Source: Magallana gigas
Lineage: Eukaryota
Direction of reading: 5' to 3'
Length of the DNA stretch: 64,000 nucleotides
NCBI RefSeq assembly: GCF_963853765.1
Contig: NC_088861.1
Location: 1,116,001 to 1,180,000, forward strand
Part shown: in pieces, positions 11,365 to 22,621 of the stretch
Layout: the number at the start of each line of letters is the position of its first letter
Numbering within the stretch: the first letter of the stretch is position 1
Position numbers and translations under genes: made by a program
Notes under the pieces: generated by a model
Seen by the model: the letters and a program-made list of their open reading frames with translations, nothing else
Told to the model about the DNA's origin: nothing
Databases searched by the model: none

Positions 11365-14300
11365 ATGGATGATTTCGTTGGACGTGTAAAAGAAATTCAA
11401 GACATCACTAACAGTCTGATTTCTCGATCAAACACATCAACAGTTGTCATAGTGTACGGACTTAGAGCAATAGGGAAGTCTTCAATAGTTCGTCAAATTT
11501 GCCACAGGATCCAGGATTTTGAAGTGGAATGGGTGGATCTAAAAAACGTAGGTGAGGGAATCAAAATTTTGGAACCCCTCGCATTATCAATTTTAAAAGA
11601 AAGTCTAAGCTTATTAGGCAATGAGGACATTCATGAAGTTTTTGACGGTGTGGTTAAGAGAATTTTAACCACACTCAAAAACTCTCAAACGAAACATCTC
11701 ATTGTCTTTGACAACATGGAAGACGTTATGGAGAGCGAACTATCTGTATACATGGAAAATGTAATTTACTCGCTTGCTAGTCTAAAGAACATCCGAATAC
11801 TGGCCACATCGACAACAAAACTCCCACTTGCCCAACATCCCAATATCTTTGAAATGACACTGGGTCCATTGTCGTTAAAAGACTCACAAGACTTACTCTG
11901 CAAACTTTGTCCGTTTTTAGAAAAGAACCAAAAATTCTACAAAATTGTCGATCTATGTGAAGGCTTACCACTTGTTCTTCAAATGACTGCAGCCGAAATT
12001 GACGCAGGAGACTTAACTGTGGAAGAGATTACATATCTGCTGAGTCAATGTCGACTGAAACTTTTAAGTCAGGAGTTTTATCCAAGCACAGAGAGACTGG
12101 GTAAAAAAAATATAGGCATTTGTTATCTTCATTTTGGTATTTTAACTTAAAATTTATAAAGAGNNNNNNNNNNNNNNNNNNNNNNNNNNNNNNNNNNNNN
12201 NNNNNNNNNNNNNNNNNNNNNNNNNNNNNNNNNNNNNNNNNNNNNNNNNNNNNNNNNNNNNNNNNNNNNNNNNNNNNNNNNNNNNNNNNNNNNNNNNNNN
12301 NNNNNNNNNNNNNNNCTATTCGAAGCTTATATCTTTTGTAATAGTTTGTGGCAAGAATATCAGGTTTAAGGTGGTATGGGACATCTGTCATATTAATGTG
12401 GATTAAAGTGCATTATAATTTAAATACTTTCACCGGTTTAGAATTTTCAAATTTACAATATCTAACCAAAAAAAAAATTGTAAAACCCACAGTGGGATTC
12501 GAACTCCATGACTTAGTTACAGATTCGTAGTAAACCCTCTAACTCACTGCGCTACGCTGTTAGATGACAATATTGGGAAAGAAACTACTTATATAACTGC
12601 ACTTAATTTTATTGTTTATTTCGATAAACAATACGTCACGACATGGAAGTGTCCCATAACACCTTAAAATGTTTAGGTCGATCTGATAGGTACCTTGTTG
12701 ACCGTGCATCATCCTTAAAACGTTTGTCATTCAACTGATTCTGTTTACAGCTCCAGTCTATCTTGCATTCCTTCACCGCATGTCTAAACCACTACAAGAG
12801 AAGTTGTCTATCATTAATTACATTCCAGGAACATTTGATGAAAAAGAGGCATTGGAAATGATGGGTAAATATCATATTTTGTATGTGTTAAGAATGTAGT
12901 AACCTATACGGGAACAATGAAGCCATGGTTTGACTTTCATTCTAAAAGATTTTATCATTTACGAGGGCTGAATGATTGAGTCTATTTCAGACTCTATCAA
13001 TTTCCTTATAAAGAAGAGCTCTGCTTTGTAGAAAGATAAAGAAGAATATTAAACTTCATAGCAAAAAAGTATTTAATTTTTCTTTGCTTTAATTTTTTCT
13101 TTTGCGTTAATTTATTGACCACAAACTTTCCCTAAGCATTATTAAGGATACAACTTTGTTCACTCTAGGTCCAGAGAACTCAAATCACGAGTATTTGAGA
13201 AGGGCAGTAAATCGCCATGTTATCCAAAAATACGATTTTCACAAAAGATTCAATATCCATGGAATTCTTCGAGACTGTATATCTGAATACATGTTGATTA
13301 AGGACTTACCTTGTGAGTTAATGAATTAGTCTGTATATAAATCATTTAAAATTCAAATTGGACCACGATTTGATGTGCGTGAGCCAAAACAAATGGACTT
13401 CTTTAACATTTATGTACGTCTTTATAACTGTACTTCAAATACATGTACATACATTGTAATTGCAGTAGTACGTGGCAGATTTTGCAGAATCTTTTCGAAA
13501 ATCCTTCAAGAGCTCGAGAATAAATCGTTTACATCTGACTACCAGTGGGCGCTTTGTCAACTTAACCTGGAACAACAAAACTTCAATAAACTTCTGACCG
13601 ATGTTTTCCACTGTACCAGTGATACATATCAAGTTTTTGTCAACATCGCCTCCTTCCAGTTTAATACGACATCTCCAACTTTCTTATTTAACTCTCCGGA
13701 CTCCTACGGTAAATGACCGTCAGTCTCAAAGCTCTATTAAGTAGGTTGATTGAAAATCTGCTGCCAAACTCACAGTATTTTATATTGTTTAAGAGATGGG
13801 AATGATGTTCTACAAAGAATGTCTACGCCTTACCCAACAACACAAGAATGATTACGACTCATCCAAAGTCCTTAGTGGTTTAGGAAGTGTAATTACCAAC
13901 ATAAAAGTAAGATTTGAAGAATAAGCTATTGCACAACTAATTTGATTTAAACTATGCCATAAGAACTCTTTTCTTTTACTTGGACAGAAATCAATATTGT
14001 TTATAATAACTTAAAAATCTGAATATAAATACATTAGAAATTAATGACAGGCGCTGAACATGAAAAAGCATTTGGTGACAAACAGATACCGGTATATTAA
14101 CATTAACAGGTGTATGTATGACAATACATTTACAATATAGTTTATTGGAAAGAGAACATATACAGCAATTCATATACAGGACAATTTCACTTATACAGAT
14201 CTACTAGAATCATTAAAAACATTATTAACGTTAGTATATGAATCTAAATAACGCTTATTCGTAATTGAATACATATTTATGTTCTTTTATTCTGTTAGGG

Positions 14301-15930
14301 GGACTATATCCTCGGAGAACGTCACTATAGGAACGCCTTAAGAATCAGACAGAATGGCCCGGCAGTGAAGGACTGTTCGTTGGCTTTCCTTTATCAAAGT
14401 CTGGGTTGGAATTTGGGATGCCAGGGGAAATCACAAGAAGCTATCGTGTAAGGTTAAGCGGTTTTAGAGGTCAAAACCAAAGCAACAAAATACGATGTCG
14501 AAAAACAGAACTAGTTTCTACTGTTGAGTGATTATATACCGGTATTTGAATTGTAAAATATGGTTACATACAAGCTCATTTCATTGAGTTGGTTCATTTC
14601 TATTTGATCAATAAATAAATTAAAATAAATTTTAAAATTAGAATATGTCAACCCAATTGTAATTAAAATGTAAGAATTTCTTAGACAAATAAACACTCAC
14701 TAAGCCTCTGCTAAACGACAACTTTTGTTTTACAGAACCCAGTTTCTATACATTGCTGTACACGAACTTTTCACAAACGCCCCCTGTATAAAAATGATGC
14801 CACTTGTTGAAAACAATAACATCGAGTATATATATATATATATTTTCTAGTATATATTATTCTATTTCCCAAGAGCATACTGTGCTGATATTAAAATTTA
14901 ACTTCATTATGAAATTTCTTCCGCCATTCGTTATTATATTTTCAGATTTCTTGAAAAAGCCTTAACAATTGAGATAGAATTGGGGATGCATTTAGAAAAA
15001 CTTATCCTAAGCACACTTCAATCCCTTGCGCTATTTCATCTAGATCTCGGTAAGCTGTATTTTCATTTCTACATATGAATGAGGAAAAATATTCAATCTC
15101 TGATTTTTCTCTACAAATGGTAATCAATAGGCCATATTAAAACGATTGGTTGATTCTTTTTAGATCACATGGACATAGGCGAAAAATATCAATTGGAGGC
15201 CTTACGACGCAGACGACAAGCTATCGGGACGGACATGCACCCTATTCTTGGTGCTATGTTGAATAATGTTGGTGAAATGTATCAGAAGAAGGGGCACCAT
15301 TCCCAGGCAGAATACTATTTTAGACGTGGGCTCGATATTAAAACACAAACAAACGCTGCATGGAAAAGCATAGCGTTATCTGAGGTAAATGTTGCAAACC
15401 TATTGACTGAAACTGGAAGACCGGACGAAGCACTCGAAGTCTTGGACAGAAGCATGAAACGGGCGGGGGAATTCCAAAATATATATCAAGATATTCGGTC
15501 TCTTATAAACGAGTGTTTTGGAAGAGCCTTTATGGCGAAAAAAATGTATAAAGAAGCTGTCAGACATTTTCGGGAAGCTGTTCGTCGTCATGGAGACAGC
15601 CAGTCACGTGATTACGGTGTCCTTAGTTTGCAATGTCGATTAGCCGATTGTTTAATTTGCCTCGGAAAACACGAAGAGGCCATAGATTTGATTACATCTG
15701 CACTGCGACAAAAAGATGCAGCAATTAGACACAAACCTACAACACTTACTATTCTTAGTTGTTACCGGATTCTTAAAAATTCACAGTTAGCCATAGGTAA
15801 ATTTTCAGATGCACACATATCGCACGAGCAAGGATGTCGTGAATATGAGCGACTAAAGGATTTATTTGAAGGCTTGGGTAACAAAGAAGGACTGCAGAAA
15901 GTTCGAACAGAATGGACTAACCAAAGATGA
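11365..15930 (+). CDS. STAND (NB-ARC-like) NTPase-TPR protein, NLR-like, copy 2 (subfamily A, soluble), ~789 aa
   Basis: Exons 11365-12100, 12751-12864, 13169-13312, 13466-13708, 13794-13906, 14299-14447, 14946-15049, 15164-15930. Exons 1-7 have the same lengths as in copy 1; total 2370 nt, open frame. Walker A GLRAIGKS, LIVFDNMED, CEGLPL, IHGILRDC. Intron 1 contains the N gap. Confidence 0.9.
12164..12315. other. Assembly gap (152 N) inside intron 1 of STAND copy 2
   Basis: Run of N in the sequence. Confidence 0.99.
12366..12667. mobile_element. Non-autonomous DNA transposon (MITE) with TTAA target duplication and GG...CC termini (Kolobok-type), carrying a tRNA-derived segment
   Basis: TTAA(12366-69)-ggtggtatgggaca ... 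tgtcccataacacc-TTAA(12664-67). The homologous site in copy 1 intron 1 (gcaagaatatcatgtctcaaaatgtttag, ~5469-5497) is empty. An internal antisense tRNA-like piece at ~12496-12578 has A-box tagcgcagtgag and B-box gttcgaatcc. Confidence 0.8.
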
Positions 15931-16100
15931 TAACGACAGTTCAACCTGCGATTGAATTCCAGAAAACAAAGAGTTTAAATTTTTTAAATTTTACTTTATT
16001 ATGTGCAGACATTTTATAACAATACTTTCCATTTTCATTAATGCACTCTTTACATTGGAGGCGCGTTTTGTAGGGTCGTCCGGGACAAAATATCGTCGTG

Positions 16101-17790
16101 ATGGACGCCAACTATCAAGATTTGCAGTGCGCGGATCTAAAGCATATTCTGAAATCTGAAGGCATTCCTTTTTCAAACAAAAGAAAGCAAGATTTAGTTG
16201 AATTATGTGAGAGCGCGGATGCTCTTAATTCGCCCGGAATTTATCAGAACGATAGCGAGAAAAAGGCTTTAATCAAGAGACGGACGGTTCGGGGAAAACA
16301 ATTATCAACATCCATGTTACTGCCTTGGAATCGTCTGGAGTCGTAATCTGGCTACCATCCTAGATAACGATACCTTTGATGTGACATATTTTCTCCAGAA
16401 CTACTGCGGATGGTCCGAAGAACGCCTACATACAAGAAAATCGGACAAAGGCTACACGCTGCAATGTTAACTGGCCACATTAATGATGTCACGATGGCAA
16501 TTTTAGGTACTTATAAACTTCGTAAAGCATAGCATTTTATATTGACACTCAAATATGACCCACGTGTTCTTTCTAAATTTTCTTGTCAAAATTGTTATAA
16601 AAGAATCGAAGATATGATCCCTACTTGTACTGGAAAATTCGGATTGAGATGCCGAATTTCCTCAACCCAAATTTTTATCATTAGAACGTCAGATCTGCAA
16701 CTTTATTATGAATGGTTTACTCAGCAGTATATGAATGTTACAACAGAAACACAATGTTGTTGATCAACAGTTTTGTACTCAGTAAACAGTGACTGGAAAA
16801 GTCTTACCAAAACATACCTCTATTGATTTATCAAACGTGATGAGACACAGTCATGCAACAAATATGGTTTGTCAATAACAATGTCATCAAAAAGGAATCT
16901 AGAATATTTGAACAGAAAATAATTTACCACTTTCATTTCAGATGAAGATTTGTACAATGTAAAAGGCAGCAAATGTGTACCTGAAACAAACAATCCAGTG
17001 AACCCTATATCCCATTGATTCTGATTTAGAGATCATGACACATATTTTCAGCTGAATGTACATGCGTTGCGTAAGTTTATTTTCTAGTTTTTCACTTACC
17101 TGTATATCTTATTGAAGCAAAGCTGGTCGTACTAATTTACTATTATTCTTCATAAACACATTATTAATCTTAACTGAAAGGATGAATCATGTAAGCATGT
17201 TGTTGACCTACTGTTTGGCAGTATAGATCAAGTCACTTCCATGGAAGATCGAAGTTCAAATGGAGTTACTGATACTGCAGCATCATTTTAGGATAAACCA
17301 CGGAAAGTATGCAGACAACTGCCAGTTCATTACTTAGATATCAGGTATGATACTATATTTTTAAATGTTCTCTTATTGGATTAAATGAATCCCCCTTTTA
17401 TATAAACCGTTGTCAGTTCGACTGTCCCTTTCTGGCTGATTGCATGTATTGTACTTATAGTTTTAATTTGATGCCAATCCTTCTATTCATACGAAAACCA
17501 AAAAAATCTTACAGAATGAATAAGGAAACTGAATTGTTTATTATTATTTAACAAAGAATAAGATTTTGCAATTACAATGTGATTTATTTAGAAACTTACT
17601 TATAATGCGTTATTATAATTCCATATAAATTACAGGACTGTCATGAATGTACCAGATAAACCATGACCATCTGAAGATTCTGGTTAATTACCACTTAAGT
17701 CTTCAGATTTGAATATAGAGTCATTGGAGTCATTGGAGAAGAATATTAGTCAAGTCTTAAAGAAAAGCAAAACATCAGCATTGTATACGA
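16101..17790 (+). pseudogene. Degenerate SAP-like + SWIM zinc-finger gene of a DNA transposon (resembles the KolX-type second ORF of Kolobok-like elements)
   Basis: MDANYQDLQCADLKHILKSEGIPFSNKRKQDLVELC (SAP-like). After frameshifts: WSRNLATILDNDTFDVTYFLQNYCGWSEERL and KCVPET, then the SWIM signature AECTCVA|intron ~17071-17180|DESCKHVV. Several stops and frameshifts. Family assignment is from recall. Confidence 0.55.
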
Positions 17791-18762
17791 TATAAGACTG
17801 ATGATGACAATGACATGTCTATGTGTATTGAGGACACACCACACACAATTTTATTGATTAAGTGTCAATGCTTAGTCAAGAAAATGTAAATGTAGATGAT
17901 TGTTATTTTTAAAAAGTTAATGAATTTACCAAAGTACAATCCATTTATCTTATTTGGCAGTACCAAAGAAAGGGAAGATTGACTGCTTTAATTTTTTTTT
18001 CCAAAGCTTATCACAACAGAGGGGTAAATCAGACAATTATTGTGTTCAGTATTATGGGTCAATATAATTTTACTTTAAAGTCAGTTGAGTATGGCAAAAA
18101 AAAATCTGTTGCACGTGTGATATTATGTAGATCACATGACGTTGCCATTCCTTATTTAAGTGCTCGGAGACTGGAATCTTTGTTTTGAAAGATTTCTTTC
18201 TTGCTGCATCCCCTGATGTTATATCTGAATGCAAATGATGTGATAAAGGTTTTGTTGAAATCAAGTACCCACATAGTTAAAAAAAGAAACTTGTCAGTTT
18301 GCGGTATGGGGCATCTTAGCAAACGTTTTTAGTATAAAAAAAAAGTCCATGGATCTGCTAAACAATTATCAAATCAACTATAGTAATTTTCAACCGTATT
18401 GGTCAATTTAATAGAATTTGCCTTTACCTGATAATTCAGAAAAAAATATTTGTTTTGTTCATATTTTGATATCTAGAGAGGCAAAAACTATTTCATTTTT
18501 GGGAGTTGATTTTAATCAACTCTCCTATGCAGTTACTCAGACAAACCGAAAGTGAAACAGTGTTTGGACCTCAGCACAAATCATTGCTGCTGACAAGACT
18601 TAGTTCTTGAAAATAATTGATGAATTCGATGTAATGTATGCTAAAGCATTGTTTTTCAAGGAAACTTATTTATAAATACCTTGAAAATAGTCAGATTTTA
18701 AATGGTACGAGCAATTTAAATAGTTTTTGTAGTCGTATGAATTCCTACGCCAGAGTTCAATA

Positions 18763-18851
18763 TAGTCTCGTTCAACTCGACGCTCGGCTGTCTCCGTAAA
18801 TCCTTGTCGGAGATTTACGGTGTCAGCCGAGCGTTTGGTTGAATGAGACTA
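18763..18851. mobile_element. 89-bp foldback MITE with 10-bp target-site duplication
   Basis: TAGTCTC...GAGACTA near-perfect palindrome (acgctcggctg/cagccgagcgt, ccgtaaatc/gatttacgg) flanked by the direct repeat gagttcaata (18753-62, 18852-61). Confidence 0.85.
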
Positions 18852-19730
18852 GAGTTCAATATTGCTTGGATCCGTACAATTTTCGAGAAATATTTCTATC
18901 ACTGATACATACTTTGATTGAATTAATTTTATCTTTAACATTATTTAACATTATTCATATGGGGGTTTCTCGAGATTCTTGTCGAAAAAGTCCAAAAATT
19001 TATATTATAAATATGTGCGTAATTCAAATTAGAAAATACATGTACTTGTCATGCAAAATAACATATCATTGATTTTAAAATAAATAAACATCGACAAAAT
19101 CAACTCCCGTCAGTTCTTCAGTACTTTGATTTAATTGTGTCAGCGAAATAAATCATAGACATTCAAACTGGCACCAGTTGTTATTTTTCCTTTTGTTTGA
19201 CTTTATTTAAGACTTGAGATAAAATAAAACAAGTTGATATTATTTATTTACTTTTGTTTTATTTATAATCACCGGAAAATGCATTCATATAAAACAGATC
19301 AATTCAAAAATCGTCGAACAGAAACATGTCTATTGTAATTTATTATACTCTGTTTTTGTTGTGTATTAGTCTCGATCACTTTTAAATAAAAATAGATATA
19401 CAATGTATACAAATACCAAAACTTTAAAGCAATATGAGCTGTATTTCATATGATTTAATTTTGCTGCAAAAAGTCTGCATGTAACTTTAACTTTTATGAT
19501 AAAAAAGATAATAGCATTAATTTTTTGTCAGAAGAAAGATTTCTCTTCTACGAAATATTAAGCAGGTCAATTTTTGTACAGGACGACAATTATTCAATTT
19601 TGCTTCAATTAAAGCTACTTAAAGGTATTTCCCAAAAAATAAGGCTAACAGAAATTAAAAAAAAAAACACGAATTTTTTTGTCATTTTAGTAGTAAATAA
19701 CATTTTTATATGAACAAAATTCAACTTGGT

Positions 19731-20133
19731 GAAACATATTTCATTATTTCATCAGACAGCTTTTCTTGACTCCAACCACATTTTGCAATGAGTCAATTTA
19801 CAGATTATTTACTTTTAATATAGTTTATGGACATGTAAAGGTAAATAGTGTTATAACAAAAATCCGACCAACAACTTTTAGGCTTGAAATTAACTGACAG
19901 GTTTGCAGTTTCTTACGAGGAAAAAATACTAAAAAATCCGTTCATTTTCAACGCAGTTTTTCTTTTAGACTATGGAAGGTGTTTAATTGGCGAGTACCAC
20001 TATATTTTTGCCAATACGAAAAAATGGCAAAGGAACCTGACAGACAACAATAACCTGCTCTTTACCAAGGCATATCATACATAGATGGAGCTTGGGATGT
20101 CAGGGGAAATCATTAGATGTAAGGTAAAAACGG
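19731..20133 (+). pseudogene. Relic of an additional STAND-TPR duplication unit (decayed exon 6 plus flanking DNA)
   Basis: tggagcttgggatgtcaggggaaatca...gtaaggtaaaaacgg (20086-20133; WSLGCQGKS plus donor) matches the exon 6 end of copies 1/2 (tggaacttgggatgccaggggaaatca...gtaaggttaagcgg). gaaacatatttcattatttca at 19731-51 is identical to 9694-9714, with further similarity to ~10030. Confidence 0.7.
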
Positions 20134-21097
20134 CCCTTTTGGAACTTTACGATTTGAATACTTCAGACATCAGCATCACAATCATTTTAAAATCAATATT
20201 AGACCTATAATTGTAAAATATTCCCTAAGGAATAATTTACACAAAATTAAACACTACAGAATAAAAGTCGTCCCCTCTCCAAAATTTAAATTTTTAGACA
20301 TATAAACTTTATGTAACTTCCACTATTAGGAATCAAATCACTTAGTAAATATTAAACTTAGGATCACAAAGCATTTTTGGTTTAAGTCCAAAGGACTATG
20401 TGCGGTATTATAATTTTTTTGCCCCCCAAATTAAAGTTCTATTACAAGCTTTGAAAATAAGAAGATAGTTTAAATCGTATTAAAAATAAGGGTGTAAAAG
20501 TTTATCACTAAAGTGACGTCATAATGTAGAAATTACGTCATTAAGATTGCCTGAATTTGGTAAATTGATGTTTTGTAGCAAAATGTGGGTGTTTTCCGAT
20601 GGTTTTTCGACTGGGAAACATCGAGCGCATACTTAAGTACCATTTTTTAGTACAACGTGTAACTTAAATTAACTTAAATCAATATAAGCTGCAATTTTCA
20701 TGTTGAATTTGTGTTTATGACAAAAATGTTATTTTCTACTAAAATGACAAAAATGTCATGTTTTTTAACTTTCTATAAGCCATATTTTTGTGCAAAAAGC
20801 CGTCAAGAAACCTTAATTGAAGCAAAATTGAATTATTGTCCTGAACAAAAATTGATCTGCTATATATTCCTTAGAAGAGAAATCTGTCCTTTCACTAACA
20901 TTAATGATGTTTTCAAATCTTATTTATCATAAATGTTTAAGTTACATGCAAACTTATCATACTAGCATGTTTTTGCAGCAAAATAAAATTCTAAAAAATG
21001 CAGCTCATATTGCTTTAATCTAGCGACACATTTTAATAATATTTAACTTTTAGGATGTTTAAATCACAATACCAAAATATAGTGTACAAGTTCTGAC

Positions 21098-21863
21098 TTA
21101 ACGAGGCCGAGTACAGAACGAGTACGCACGCTTTCGCGCAACGTTTCATTTGTATTGTGACGTCATCATTTTGCTTTGTTGACGCCATGGCGTGATAGTT
21201 TCAACTGCAGATATTCAGCAAAATTTGTTGAAAATAGCTCGTTTGATGCGTAAAATTGATATTATATTGTGGAATAAACATAAATGTCTCGAAGTATAAG
21301 GTATATTTGGGCTCGGGTCGAAAACGTGAAGAGTGTTCAACAAGCCTAGCCTTCTGTCACGTTTTCTTAACCCGCCTAAATATAGCTTAATTCATATATT
21401 TCAAGACAGTTACCATGTATTTTATAGTTTTAATAATGCTATAAAGATCACCATTTCCGTCTTTGTCAAAGAAAAATAGCCATTATCTGTCAAACTGGGA
21501 AATTGGGCATACAAAAAACAACTTTGATAAGACCCCTGGAACAAACCAGGAGGTAAAAGGTTTTTTTATTTGAGCATTTGATGCCTTTTAGCAATAACTT
21601 TAATATGTAGAACAGAGAAAGAAATCCCTAGGGCAGAAGTTTTAAAAAAATGTAAAAAATGTGCAAAATTGATAAATTTCAAGCAAAATCCCATAGGGTC
21701 CTATGTTAAAAATCAACTAACTTTTATATGACCCCTTAAACAAACGGTGTGGTAAATGTCTTATTTTTTTTTATCTTAAAATAATAAATATATCAGTAGA
21801 AATTCATGTAAAAAATTTCATTCAAAAATCTAGGGCAGAAAAAATTAGACCCGGCCTCGTTAA
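21098..21863. mobile_element. Non-autonomous DNA transposon bounded by TTAA and short terminal inverted repeats
   Basis: gacttaacgaggccg (21095-21109) is the exact reverse complement of cggcctcgttaagtc (21852-21866). Contains an internal degenerate palindrome (~21300-21385). No ORF. Confidence 0.7.
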
Positions 21864-22621
21864 GTCTAAGGCTGCTTTATGACCCGGAGGCTTGCTTTAT
21901 AAAAAGTTCCCCGGCCTTGAATCTCGTTCATTTGTAAGGCATTTCAAAGTATAAAATTATGTTATTTTCATTTTAGTGTTTTATCAAATTATAAATAATT
22001 TCTACAGAAATGGTGCATTCGTGACCTTATCATCATCTGCTAATAGTACACCTACATTAATTTGATTTTTTTCAATCAATAACTTTAAGGGTGAATATTT
22101 TGGTTTTATTTTAATAAAGAATATTTTTTATGTATCTTTGAGGCATTTTCTAGAAACAATGTTTAAGAAAACTGTTCGTCATTTGAAGATTTCAATATTT
22201 TTTATACATTTTTACAAGGCCAGGTTTATAAAAAAAGAGTTATCTCTCGTTATTATGTGTAAGCTCTTATAACACGGCATCCCGCTAGGCGGCATTGAGA
22301 TTGTCAGAGTTTTAACCAGGGCAGACATTTTACGGAGAAATTAGGGAAAAATTGAATCAGTAAGCTACTTTTGAAGTTTTTCAAATTAATGAAGCCTTAA
22401 TTGTTTTATTTTAAGAAATGTTTTCTCAGAAAAATAATCAGCATGAAAATTTCATTGTAAGTGTTTTATTTTAGGAAACACGTCATGGTTATTGATCTAA
22501 TGCAATGTAAGTGAGGTTTAAGATGTGCATATCGTAACTCTACTTGTGTACATAGAGCACTTGACAAACAAATTCAAATTACGCAATCCTTATCAAGTAG
22601 TGTAATACGGTTTTCATTATA

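Noticed and set aside
12496-12578. tRNA gene candidates (here and 40983-41060)
   Set aside because: A/B boxes are present but there is no proper cloverleaf, and they sit in repeat sequence; called tRNA-derived only.
4605-15930. Possibility that copies 1 and 2 are uncollapsed haplotypes, given the N gap
   Set aside because: All of copy 1 and exon 1 of copy 2 lie on the same gap-free stretch, and the copies differ by many substitutions, indels and TE insertions. Still worth confirming with long reads.
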